Positions 7,528 through 15,558 of a stretch of 34,285 bases of DNA are shown here, in pieces (within the stretch, counting starts at the first letter, position 1; each line of letters begins with the position of its first letter). The notes beneath the pieces were generated by a model. The model ran no database searches, was not told the DNA's origin, and worked only from the letters and a program-made list of their open reading frames with translations. Location: IMG/VR virus record IMGVR_UViG_3300028586_000743, positions 1 through 34,285 of that record; one strand, 5' to 3'. Source of the stretch: a virus. Taxonomy: Duplodnaviria; Caudoviricetes. The position numbers were made by a program, and so were the translations under genes.

Positions 7528-7562
7528 AAAAAAATCCAGTCACCGCTAAGTGACTGGATTTT
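7528..7562 (-). terminator. Terminator downstream of the tRNA 3' fragment
   Basis: AAAATCCAGTCAC-N6-GTGACTGGATTTT, with a T7 run on the minus strand. Confidence 0.85.
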
Positions 7563-7573
7563 CTAGGGTATTT

Positions 7574-7618
7574 TGGTCGGGACGGAGTGATTCGAACACT
7601 CGACCCCTTGCACCCCAT
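7574..7618 (-). repeat. 3' fragment of tRNA-Pro(GGG): prophage attachment core (attR-like)
   Basis: ATGGGGTGCAAGGGGTCGAGTGTTCGAATCACTCCGTCCCGACCA contains the anticodon loop, T-arm (GTTCGAATC) and CCA. The 5' half is absent. Confidence 0.9.
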
Positions 7619-7637
7619 ATTAGCAGCATACGCCCGG

Positions 7638-7650
7638 TAAGCTGTTGATT
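7638..7650 (-). promoter_or_regulatory. IHF-binding site on the phage arm of att
   Basis: AATCAACAGCTTA fits WATCAANNNNTTR exactly, 20 bp from the core. Confidence 0.75.
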
Positions 7651-7769
7651 GTAAAGCAATACACGCACGTAAACCACGCGCCAATATCGCCCCTTTTGGG
7701 CGTTTTGCAAACGCAGGCATGCGGGTCGCAGCGTGGGTTTTGCGCATCCTTCTCGCCCGTTCTGGGCAA

Positions 7770-8045
7770 TCAAACTCCCTCTTTGACCGACACTACGCCC
7801 TGACCTTTATCCACCCAGGTTTCCTCTGGAGCAGATGGAGACTGCATCAGGACTACCTCGACCGTCTGGCCGTCCTTTGGGTCGGCAGGCGTGATGCGGG
7901 CGTATCGATACGGCTGCCTCAAATCGGCGTTCCAGTACGAGTTCGAGCTGCGGTTGAACTCCCAGATGGTCGCCCCCTGAGACTGGCCCATCTTCTTATC
8001 AAGATTGAGCCCCCACCCTTTCATCTTCACGACTAGCACTGGCAA
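7770..8045 (-). CDS. Hypothetical prophage-terminal protein
   Basis: 91-aa ORF with a GAGAGGA RBS and a TATACT -10-like hexamer at 8073-8068. Confidence 0.6.
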   Translation of the reverse strand: MPVLVVKMKGWGLNLDKKMGQSQGATIWEFNRSSNSYWNADLRQPYRYARITPADPKDGQTVEVVLMQSPSAPEETWVDKGQGVVSVKEGV

Positions 8046-8109
8046 TTCCTCTCAGGCGAAGAGCCAGAGTATACCCGCCTGTGCTCGATTCCCCGGTAAG
8101 CCGCTCGTC

Positions 8110-8688
8110 TCACTCACCGGCAGACACCTTTCGCGCATACGCCTGGCATGCCGTCAGCGCGATGATGGCGCGGTCGCCTCGGTCGGCGATGCCGATAATT
8201 CGTTGAGCAGCTCCTGGGTCAATGTCGGCTCGGCCGGTGCCATCCACCAGGCATCCGGCGCCGGCGGGCGTAGGCATTTCGTTGCCACTGGCAGCACCTG
8301 CGGCGCGGGGGTTGGCGAGTAGGACTGACAACCGGAGTTCAGTAGTAGCGAGGCGATCGCGCAGGCGGGCAGCAGCTTGTTCAGCATCGGTAAGCTTCCG
8401 GTATTCGGTTTGGGATGAGGCCTGCAGGTCTCGCTCGAGCAGCAGGCGTTTCTCGTGCTCGCGCTGCAGCTGGCCGGCAGCCACGCGGCTGATCTCGGCC
8501 AGCGTGTCGGTGTGCAGCTTGTCGCGGGCGCTGAGCTGGCGTTCGTAATCCAGAGCCTGGTCGGCCAGCTGCGTGCCATAGCTGTTGGCCTGCCAGCGCC
8601 AGGCGCTGCCGGCGGCGAGCACCATCAGCAGCAACACGGTGGCCACCCCGGCAATAGCCTTGCCCGGGACCAGCTTCAGCCAGCTCAC
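8110..8688 (-). CDS. Rz: Inner-membrane spanin Rz
   Basis: GTG start overlaps the endolysin stop. N-terminal TM helix, AWRWQANSYG, a coiled coil, LRDRLA...RLSV and GD.AI.AL.ACQAY. Confidence 0.9.
   Translation of the reverse strand: MSWLKLVPGKAIAGVATVLLLMVLAAGSAWRWQANSYGTQLADQALDYERQLSARDKLHTDTLAEISRVAAGQLQREHEKRLLLERDLQASSQTEYRKLTDAEQAAARLRDRLATTELRLSVLLANPRAAGAASGNEMPTPAGAGCLVDGTGRADIDPGAAQRIIGIADRGDRAIIALTACQAYARKVSAGE
8154..8387 (-). CDS. Rz1: Outer-membrane spanin lipoprotein Rz1, embedded in Rz
   Basis: MLNKLLPACAIASLLLNSGC signal with lipobox, a Pro-rich body and PPAPDAWWM. Fully nested in another frame of Rz. Confidence 0.85.
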   Translation of the reverse strand: MLNKLLPACAIASLLLNSGCQSYSPTPAPQVLPVATKCLRPPAPDAWWMAPAEPTLTQELLNELSASPTEATAPSSR

Positions 8689-9224
8689 GCTGCCATCTCC
8701 CCGCCACACGCGCAGAACATGGCCAGCAGCTCGCCTTCGTCGCACGGCTCGGCTGCGCGTTCTTCGGCGTAGATCTCCAACAGGTTCGCCAGCTTGTGTT
8801 CGCGCTGGCCGTAACCGGCGCCAGGCAGGCTTGCCCAGATCGGGGCGGCGGCGGCGATGGCCGACGAGATACGGCCGGCCTGGATGTGGGGCAACGCGCC
8901 GCACTCGGTGAGCAGCTTCACGGCGGCCAGGTCCTGGGCGCGCGGGATGAAGCGGCCGATGAAGCCGTAGTTCTTCACGATCGCGTCCCAAGTGCGCGCT
9001 AGGAACTGATAGCGGCCAGCGGCAGTGGACTTGATGCCGTAGCGTGGCAGCGGCACCAGCACGCGCGGGTGCTTGCTGTAGTCGGTGAACAGCTTGCCGC
9101 CCACCAGCACATTGTAGCCGTCGTCGCTGGCCTTGATGGTGGACGTGCCTTCGCTCCAGGCGAGCATATCGAGGAAGGCGAGCACGTTCGCGCCGCCCGC
9201 CTCTTTTGCGGTAAGTCGAGCCAT
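8685..9224 (-). CDS. Endolysin, lambda R-type lytic transglycosylase
   Basis: Motifs AFLDMLAWSEGT, DDGYNV, STAAGRYQFL and WASLPGAGYGQREH. Confidence 0.93.
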   Translation of the reverse strand: MARLTAKEAGGANVLAFLDMLAWSEGTSTIKASDDGYNVLVGGKLFTDYSKHPRVLVPLPRYGIKSTAAGRYQFLARTWDAIVKNYGFIGRFIPRAQDLAAVKLLTECGALPHIQAGRISSAIAAAAPIWASLPGAGYGQREHKLANLLEIYAEERAAEPCDEGELLAMFCACGGEMAA

Positions 9225-9243
9225 TGGGTTTTCTCCGGGCATG

Positions 9244-9268
9244 AAAAAGCCCGCGCTCGGGCGGGCTT
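9244..9268 (-). terminator. Terminator between the fibre cluster and the endolysin
   Basis: AAGCCCGC-N6-GCGGGCTTTTT. Confidence 0.8.
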
Positions 9269-9285
9269 GGAGGTTTCGGGGCGGG

Positions 9286-9978
9286 TCAACTGGCGTTGTA
9301 GGTCATGGCTGCGTCTAAGAGGATGTAGCCGCTACTGGCCGGCGCGAATGATGTCAGCCTGATGACGCCGTTGTTTTGAATAGCCACAGTAACCCGGCCC
9401 AGGTTAGCGCCGGCGTTGCTGTAGAACGTGGCAAATTGGCCCTCTACATCGACCAAAGGCCGGTAGCCCGTAGGCACCTGCCCCACCGTTTGCTGCAGGC
9501 CTGAGCCGGAAACATTGGTGCCGTTGAATCGCCCGGACAATGACACGACCTGGCCAGTCTTCGTGGCGGTAGGTGCAGGGTTTCCAAGAGTCCAGTAACT
9601 GGGGTTCGATGCGACCAGTGCAGCGGTCGACGTTGCCTGATCAGTGGTCGCCGAAACGACGTTACTGTACGAGCCTACGCCCAAAGCGTTTTCCGCCCTT
9701 ACCCTGAACTGATACGCCGTGCCGACCTGCAGCCCCGTTACCGCGTAGCTGAGCGACGTGTTTGCCGCCGCGGCAACCGACCAGGTTGCATCTGCGGTGC
9801 GCTTGAACTCCACGCGGTACGTGAGCGGCGCCGTGCCTAAGGGCTGCGCCCAGGACAACGGCACGCTTGTTTCACCTGGGGCGCCGGCAGCCAGACCGGT
9901 TACCTGCCCAGGCGCCACGACTGGCGGTGGCGGCGTATAGCTGATCTGCCGGAGGCGGCCGTACAGACCGGATCTCAT
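9286..9978 (-). CDS. Fibronectin type III domain protein with a receptor-binding-like C-terminal head
   Basis: FN3 motifs PGQVTGL, LSWAQP, YRVEFK, VTGLQVGTAYQFRVRAEN and YS. C-terminal VPTGYRP beta-domain. GGAGG RBS. Confidence 0.8.
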   Translation of the reverse strand: MRSGLYGRLRQISYTPPPPVVAPGQVTGLAAGAPGETSVPLSWAQPLGTAPLTYRVEFKRTADATWSVAAAANTSLSYAVTGLQVGTAYQFRVRAENALGVGSYSNVVSATTDQATSTAALVASNPSYWTLGNPAPTATKTGQVVSLSGRFNGTNVSGSGLQQTVGQVPTGYRPLVDVEGQFATFYSNAGANLGRVTVAIQNNGVIRLTSFAPASSGYILLDAAMTYNAS

Positions 9979-9999
9979 TGCAGCCTCCGATGCAGATCA

Positions 10000-10179
10000 C
10001 TACGACGCTTCATCCAGCACCTCACGCGCAGCTTGTGCGTCTTCTGCAGGTGGATCAGCAGATTCGAACCAGTCGCCTTCCGGGCACTCCATCTGGTAGT
10101 ACACCTCGCCCGCGAGGTTAATGTGCTTCACCAGCTCAAGAATATTCGAGCAGGCGGGGCAATAGTTTGGGATGGCCAT
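10000..10179 (-). CDS. Small Cys-containing acidic protein (59 aa, absent from the ORF track)
   Basis: MAIPNYCPACSNILELVKHINLAGEVYYQMECPEGDWFESADPPAEDAQAAREVLDEAS*. It fills the gap, has a GGAG RBS and starts 3 bp after the upstream stop. Confidence 0.7.
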   Translation of the reverse strand: MAIPNYCPACSNILELVKHINLAGEVYYQMECPEGDWFESADPPAEDAQAAREVLDEAS

Positions 10180-10182
10180 GGG

Positions 10183-10533
10183 TCACGCTCCGTATTGAGC
10201 CCGAAGGGCATTGAGGTCAGCGACGTACTTCGTCTTGCGGGTATTGAACTGAAGCGTGATAGCGACTTGCTTTGATGCCTGGGTGCTGCCGCCGGCCATG
10301 GCTGCAACGCTATGCGCGCGGTTGAGCGTGTCGATGTCGGATTGGTACGCGGCGTTCAGAGCGGTCAGCGCCTCGGCGTGCAGAACCTTGCCGGATGGCA
10401 GCGCCCATGTTCCGTCCGCCTGGGCTAAATGCTCCATGGTTGGGCGCTCTTCGAGCATCAACAACCAGCCTTCCCCTGGCTCCGATTCTTCTAGTATTTG
10501 GGCATTGCTACCGAGCCGCCCGAGTATGTTCAT
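10183..10533 (-). CDS. Putative tail fibre assembly/chaperone protein
   Basis: Coupled (ATGA) to the fibre gene. Pattern GW..M...RP...H.A..DGTW followed by a helical C-terminus. Confidence 0.6.
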   Translation of the reverse strand: MNILGRLGSNAQILEESEPGEGWLLMLEERPTMEHLAQADGTWALPSGKVLHAEALTALNAAYQSDIDTLNRAHSVAAMAGGSTQASKQVAITLQFNTRKTKYVADLNALRAQYGA

Positions 10534-11363
10534 GCAGCCACCTTCTCAATGCTGAACTGGCCTAGCTTGTTGGATACCTCGTTATTCAGAGATCCCTGGG
10601 CTAGGTAAAAGACGATGTAACCACCTGCCGGAACATCGAATGTCGCGCTGAGCGATATGAGCTGATTTTGTCCTGGCGTATAGCCAACACCTCGGTGATT
10701 GGCGTTTGTGGGGGCGTCGTTGTTCACACCTACGAGCACCCTGTTGCCGGTGCTACTCTGCGTATTTAGCCCGCTGATCTGAGCCCGGTATGTCCCGGCA
10801 GACGGAACGTAGAAGCGCCTTGTTGCCGCTTCGTAAGTGATGCCGCCGACGTTCGACCAGAACTCGTTGAATGGGATTTTTGCTGCAGCTGACAGGCCGG
10901 GGTTGCCGGTGAAAGCGGAACCTATCGTGCCGGCGATTACCACAGACTGCAGAGCAGTAGCCCCGGCACCAGCCTGCCAAACCGTCACCCCGCCATCATC
11001 CGTATAGAACGATTGCACCGTCACCGCACTGGCCCCGGCAGCAGGTTGCACGGGCGCTCCGCCGCCGTCTGCCTTGACGCTCGCGGGGAAGGCGACCGTG
11101 CGGCCGCCGGTGGCGTCCTGTACCCATGTGACCGTGAACACCACCACGCGGCCGCTGGGCACGCCTGCGAAGGTGAGCGCGGTTACGTTCTGGTTAAGCG
11201 CCACGCGGAAGCCAGCCGGCGATGAGAGGTCGAGCGCCAGCGCGCCGGCAGCGATGGATGGGGTTTTGAGGGCGTCCCAGGCTGCAGGTACATCGAGCGT
11301 GTCGTCAGCCGGTAGCTGCCGGAAGCGCCCGCCGGCGAGCACAACTGGACGGCGGGCAGTCAT
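10530..11363 (-). CDS. Putative fibre/receptor-binding protein with a C1q/TNF-like C-terminal head
   Basis: Ig-like QDATGGRTVAFP module; C-terminal IPFN....N.G..Y......F.VP..GTY...S..F....G..I pattern. Confidence 0.65.
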   Translation of the reverse strand: MTARRPVVLAGGRFRQLPADDTLDVPAAWDALKTPSIAAGALALDLSSPAGFRVALNQNVTALTFAGVPSGRVVVFTVTWVQDATGGRTVAFPASVKADGGGAPVQPAAGASAVTVQSFYTDDGGVTVWQAGAGATALQSVVIAGTIGSAFTGNPGLSAAAKIPFNEFWSNVGGITYEAATRRFYVPSAGTYRAQISGLNTQSSTGNRVLVGVNNDAPTNANHRGVGYTPGQNQLISLSATFDVPAGGYIVFYLAQGSLNNEVSNKLGQFSIEKVAA

Positions 11364-11890
11364 TACAGAATCACCGGGTCGTAGTCGTTGGTAACCAGCT
11401 CAGTGGCAGAGATGGCGGTGCCGAGCAGTTGGCTGACCTTGGCGCCGGCCTGGTTGGCGGGCAGGGTTTCGTCCAAGGGTACGGCGACTACTGCACCACC
11501 GGTGCCCAGGTAGTAATCCGCGCCTGGGGTGAGGCCGGTCAGTGCGGTGTTGGCTGAGTCCAGGGGGTAGACGGTGGCCGGGGCGGCGTTGGCCACGGCA
11601 GCCAGCACGAAACCATCAGCACGGCGGGCGTTGGAGTTGTCAGCCTTGCGCACGTTGAGCACGCCCGCGTTGCTGTGGAAGTTGACGAAGTTGCCTGCCG
11701 TCAGCGCCTCGCTTGCCGGGATCTGCTTGGTATTGGCGCCGATTCCCACCGGAAGAACGCTCGAGTCCAGTCGGCCGGTATCGTCCAGCGCAACCAGATC
11801 GCCGGCGTTGGCAGCGCCGCCAGAGATTACGGTTGCCACGATCTGCCGTAGCTTGCCGCCGACGAGGCGCAGGTAAGTTTTTGCAGCCAT
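11363..11890 (-). CDS. Virion structural protein, capsid-cement/beta-tulip-like
   Basis: Pattern ASEALTAG.FV...KAD...ADGFVLAAV...LTPGADYYL...LGTAISATEL. GAGGAG RBS before ATG at 11890. Confidence 0.65.
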   Translation of the reverse strand: MAAKTYLRLVGGKLRQIVATVISGGAANAGDLVALDDTGRLDSSVLPVGIGANTKQIPASEALTAGNFVNFHSNAGVLNVRKADNSNARRADGFVLAAVANAAPATVYPLDSANTALTGLTPGADYYLGTGGAVVAVPLDETLPANQAGAKVSQLLGTAISATELVTNDYDPVIL

Positions 11891-11894
11891 GGTG

Positions 11895-12383
11895 TTACTC
11901 CTCTGCCAGCGCGATCGGCTGGTCGATATTGATGATGAGTCGGGTGGGTGAAACGGCGTTGCCGATGAACAACAGGTAGCCGTCATCGGGTGGTGTTTGG
12001 GTGAGCGTGCCGGCCGGGCCGAGCCATACCGGGCCTGGCTGCCAGGTCCAGGCGGCGTCATCGAGCGGGCCGGAGAGCTGCAGGTTGATTGGCTCGCCCT
12101 GCTCGACGGCGTTGAGGGTGATGCCGGCCACTTGGTCGATGTGCGCGGCGTCCTGCAGGTCGAGGTAGCGCACCACGCCCGCCCATTCGTAGGTCACGCG
12201 CAGCGCGCTGAGCTGCTCGCCGGCGATACGCTCCACGGCAGAGCCACCAGCAGGGCCAGGCTGGCCACGACCACCTGGCGGCCCCTGCCCACCCGCAGCA
12301 GTCACCACGGCGAACACCTGCTTCCGCTCGACCACCAGCACGAACGGCTGGGCGCGCACCAGCACAGTGGGGGCGTCAGCCAT
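11895..12383 (-). CDS. Virion structural protein with a short collagen-like stretch and a beta-tulip-like domain
   Basis: Six Gly-X-Y triplets (GGQGPPGGRGQPGPAGGS), then AGEQLSA...AGITLNA...PGPVWLG..GTLTQTPP...IGNAVSPTRL. GGAGG RBS. Confidence 0.65.
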   Translation of the reverse strand: MADAPTVLVRAQPFVLVVERKQVFAVVTAAGGQGPPGGRGQPGPAGGSAVERIAGEQLSALRVTYEWAGVVRYLDLQDAAHIDQVAGITLNAVEQGEPINLQLSGPLDDAAWTWQPGPVWLGPAGTLTQTPPDDGYLLFIGNAVSPTRLIINIDQPIALAEE

Positions 12384-12960
12384 GGCAGCAACCTCCGTTG
12401 CTGAGCTCCACCGGGCCATGCAGCCAGCGGCTTACGTCGCCGTTGCTCCAGGTGATGTCGAGGGTGTAGGTGCCTTTGGCCCAGGTCATGGCCGCGGTGT
12501 CGGCGGCGGCAATCACCAGCACCAGTTGCCCAGGGCCGGCGATCTGCAGGCCGCCGTTTTCTGTGGTCAGCTCCAGAGCGGTGCCCTGCTCCGGGGTGAT
12601 GACCAGGCGAGCGGTGATGCCGGTGAGGTCGACGGGCAACTGGTACACCAGCTGACCGCCCCGGGCGCGCTGATCGATGCCGTTGAGTTCGTTGTATTCG
12701 AGCGTGTCGGCGTCGAGCACCTGCGCAATGCGGAACGCCTCGCGCGCCTTGTCCCGGTTGAGGCCGCTCCAACCGTTCACGCCTTCGATCCACGTCGGCC
12801 AGTCGCCCGGCAGGCCGTGGGCCGGCACTGTGAGGCGAAGCGGCGCGGTCGGCTCGATGGCGGTAATCGGCCGGTAGGTGTAGGTCGGCTGCATGAGCAG
12901 CATGGGGCTACGCAGGGTGGCGCCTGGAATAACGCGCAGGGAAAGGCAGGCCGGCTGCAT
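12376..12960 (-). CDS. Virion structural protein, BppU-N-like Ig-type anchor
   Basis: Pattern PVDLTG.TARL.I...LELTTENGGL...L.I.AADT......G.Y.LDI....GDV.R.L.G.V. Confidence 0.6.
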   Translation of the reverse strand: MQPACLSLRVIPGATLRSPMLLMQPTYTYRPITAIEPTAPLRLTVPAHGLPGDWPTWIEGVNGWSGLNRDKAREAFRIAQVLDADTLEYNELNGIDQRARGGQLVYQLPVDLTGITARLVITPEQGTALELTTENGGLQIAGPGQLVLVIAAADTAAMTWAKGTYTLDITWSNGDVSRWLHGPVELSNGGCCHG

Positions 12961-12986
12961 GGCTGGCTACTCCGAAATAGTTGGGG

Positions 12987-13667
12987 CTACGGGAAAGGGA
13001 AAGGCGTGCGGCTGTAGGTAAAGTCAGCAACAAAGCGCAGGCCGGCTTCCCAGCTCATGCCTGGCGGCAGATAGATGCCTAGGTACCCGCCGTTGTCGAT
13101 TTCTACGATTGCGGCCTGGGGCCCGCCTTCCGAGCCTTGGCAGCTGATAACCGCCCGCGCTGGCCCGAATGGTATGTTCACTGGGCGCAGTGCGGTGGGC
13201 AGTTCGAAGGCCAGGGTATCCGGCGCGCCAAAGCTGCCAGTGCGCAGCGCGGTGATGTTGAACCACACCCGAACCACGTCCCCCTCGGTGCGGGAGAATG
13301 CCCAGCCTTGCCAGTCATCGGCATCGGACAGCGCAACCGTCGACCACGGCGCAGCTCCACCACCCGCCCCAGCCAGCGCCTCGAGCATGCCGGCAGTGAT
13401 GCCAGCGAACACGATGGTGTCTGCTGGCCAGGCTTGTGCCGTGGTGCCTTCCTGCCCGCGCTGCAGGCCAGCGGCTGTGATACGTACGATCTCGTAGACC
13501 GGCGCCGGGTCGTTCAGGCAATCGGCCTTGTCCGTGAGGGTGAGCACGTACTCGCCGGCGCCGGAGAGATCGAGGCGGGCGAGTAATTCGGGCGTTACAG
13601 GCAATACGGTGCCGTCGGCGGCCAGCTCAGCAGTGAGCAGGCCAGCCCAGTTATCGATGAAGTTCAT
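12987..13667 (-). CDS. Putative tail fibre/receptor-binding protein
   Basis: N-terminal EIVR.T....RGQEGTTAQAWPA anchor motif; C-terminal FELPTALRP beta-head. Start ATG at 13667. Confidence 0.7.
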   Translation of the reverse strand: MNFIDNWAGLLTAELAADGTVLPVTPELLARLDLSGAGEYVLTLTDKADCLNDPAPVYEIVRITAAGLQRGQEGTTAQAWPADTIVFAGITAGMLEALAGAGGGAAPWSTVALSDADDWQGWAFSRTEGDVVRVWFNITALRTGSFGAPDTLAFELPTALRPVNIPFGPARAVISCQGSEGGPQAAIVEIDNGGYLGIYLPPGMSWEAGLRFVADFTYSRTPFPFP

Positions 13668-13668
13668 G

Positions 13669-15126
13669 TCACACCCAGGTGCAGTATTTATCGGCGTGGC
13701 GGACAACCGCCCCGGTGATGGGGTTATACGAGCCAAAGGCCCAGGGTTTTTCCAGGTAGTTGGGGTCGTTATGGGCAATCTTGTGGACGCCCGAATCCTT
13801 GCCGCCTGGGTGCAGGGCATCTCCCACCCAGACCTCATAGTCGGGATCATCCTCGGCGCGATTCACGCGCGGCAATTGAGGGGCAAGAAGCTTGTTGGAG
13901 ATGATCAGCACCTGATTTTCTGAAACGTCGCTGACGCCCGGCAGTGGGTGGCTCGGCTCGTAGGACGTAATGCCGTCAATGATGCCGCGCAGCTCGCCGC
14001 TTACGGTGTATAGCTCCTGGCCCTGGGCGCTATAGACATCGGTAAACGTGCCCGTCTCCAGATCCGCCGCGCCAGTACCGACCGTTACCGTCTCCAGCGA
14101 GGCGCTGGTGCCGCCGGCCTCCAACGTGGCGGTGATGCGCTGCAGCGTGTTGCTGGTGCGCGTCTCATAGCCACCGCCGTAGGACCTGTCGACGTGATTG
14201 GTCAGGCTGAAGCGCACCAGTTGCGCCACCCCTTGTACATACCAAGCCCAGATCGCTACCGCGTACTCGGTGATAATCGTCTGACTGCCTCGGCTCCAGC
14301 TGTCCACCGCAGTCCAGCCCGAACCTGGCGGGGGGCCTTCGGATTGCATACGCTCAACGTTGCTGATGCTGGGGTCGCTGTTTGACCAGAGAACGACACG
14401 GCGCTGATCGAGATCAGCCTGTGTTTGCACATTGTTCGTGAACTGCCCGGTTGTGTCAGTGAAGCGCTGCAGTACGTTGATCGTGTAATCGAACCCTTCT
14501 TCGCCGACTGTGTAAATCACCTCGATGATCGCCCGACCAAACAACGTGCGCTGCGAGAAATCCCCTTCGCGCACCCGAGGAGTGAGCCGGTACAGGGTGC
14601 GCCTGCCATCCGGGCTTTCGTCCATCGCGTGGTACTGGATGGAAACTATTGGCAGGCCTGCGGCCTCTAGCACGCCTTCAAGCCCGAACTCAGCAACGCT
14701 AAGCTCCTTGTTGCGCACCCCTCGCCCGTTGATTTCCGAGTATATGTACAACGTCTGGTTGAGGTCGTTGAACGTCATCGTGGTGAGGCGCGTCAGTGTG
14801 CCGCTCCCGGGAACGTAGACTGGGTAACCGTCAGAGCCGGCCCCACCGTACCAGGCCACCGATCGGCTCTCTACGCCGGTGGTATTCGCCCGAAGGATTG
14901 CCCGGCTGAGCCACTGCTCATCCGGGTTTTCTGACTCGACCTCAGGCGCCGGCAACCCGATATCCCAAAGGAAGGTATGGTTGAAATCCGGGTAGAGGCA
15001 GGGCATGTTTGCGCCACTTGGCAAGTGCAACGTGCCACCTTCGCCGCGCCGCGGCCCATCAATCAGCCCGTGCCAGGGCCAACCCCACATCACGAGTTCG
15101 GGATCAACCGGGCTGTTGGGTATCAT
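13669..15126 (-). CDS. Putative tail tip protein
   Basis: 485 aa with WGWPWHG at the N-terminus and GSYNPITG at the C-terminus, in the tail operon. Confidence 0.65.
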   Translation of the reverse strand: MIPNSPVDPELVMWGWPWHGLIDGPRRGEGGTLHLPSGANMPCLYPDFNHTFLWDIGLPAPEVESENPDEQWLSRAILRANTTGVESRSVAWYGGAGSDGYPVYVPGSGTLTRLTTMTFNDLNQTLYIYSEINGRGVRNKELSVAEFGLEGVLEAAGLPIVSIQYHAMDESPDGRRTLYRLTPRVREGDFSQRTLFGRAIIEVIYTVGEEGFDYTINVLQRFTDTTGQFTNNVQTQADLDQRRVVLWSNSDPSISNVERMQSEGPPPGSGWTAVDSWSRGSQTIITEYAVAIWAWYVQGVAQLVRFSLTNHVDRSYGGGYETRTSNTLQRITATLEAGGTSASLETVTVGTGAADLETGTFTDVYSAQGQELYTVSGELRGIIDGITSYEPSHPLPGVSDVSENQVLIISNKLLAPQLPRVNRAEDDPDYEVWVGDALHPGGKDSGVHKIAHNDPNYLEKPWAFGSYNPITGAVVRHADKYCTWV

Positions 15127-15556
15127 CTTTGAACTCCATTACCACCTCAGCGTTGTTCGCGTCCGCCATTACAAGCTTCTTGACGCTGCGCATCTTTGCC
15201 CAGGCCAGACCATCAGTCGTGGGAATGAGCGCTTCGGGGAAGTACTCGCGCTGGGCGGCACTCACCTCGATGAGCGGGCTGGCAATGCCACCGCCTGGGC
15301 TGCCCGCAGGTGGTGGCGTGTAGGTGCCTGTGCCGGTCTGGCCTAGCAGTGGGCCGCGGGGCTCGACGGTGCGCAGTGTTTTGCGCGGGCGCGGTACGTT
15401 GACGATCGCGTTGATGTCATCGGCCTGGCTCTGCCCGGTACGGCGCGCGATCATCGCCTGACCACTCGCACGCCGTGCGGCGCCGTTATCGCTGGCCTTA
15501 CGCTGCGCCGTGTTGGCCGCCTGAATTGCACGGCGTTCGCGTTCGGCTGGTGACAT
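15104..15556 (-). CDS. Minor tail protein
   Basis: Motifs GGGIASPL.E and TTDGL. Start ATG at 15556, just after the upstream stop. Confidence 0.65.
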   Translation of the reverse strand: MSPAERERRAIQAANTAQRKASDNGAARRASGQAMIARRTGQSQADDINAIVNVPRPRKTLRTVEPRGPLLGQTGTGTYTPPPAGSPGGGIASPLIEVSAAQREYFPEALIPTTDGLAWAKMRSVKKLVMADANNAEVVMEFKDDTQQPG

Positions 15557-15558
15557 AG

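Noticed and set aside
7574-7650. Intact tRNA-Pro gene
   Set aside because: Only the anticodon loop to CCA is present; there is no D-arm or 5' acceptor strand.
8689-8991. Long N-terminal extension of Rz
   Set aside because: It overlaps the endolysin. The GTGA-coupled start at 8688 gives a normal Rz.
9286-15126. Diversity-generating retroelement or invertible fibre shufflon
   Set aside because: I saw no reverse transcriptase, no TR/VR near-duplicate, no inverted cassettes and no adjacent invertase. A self dot-plot would be decisive.
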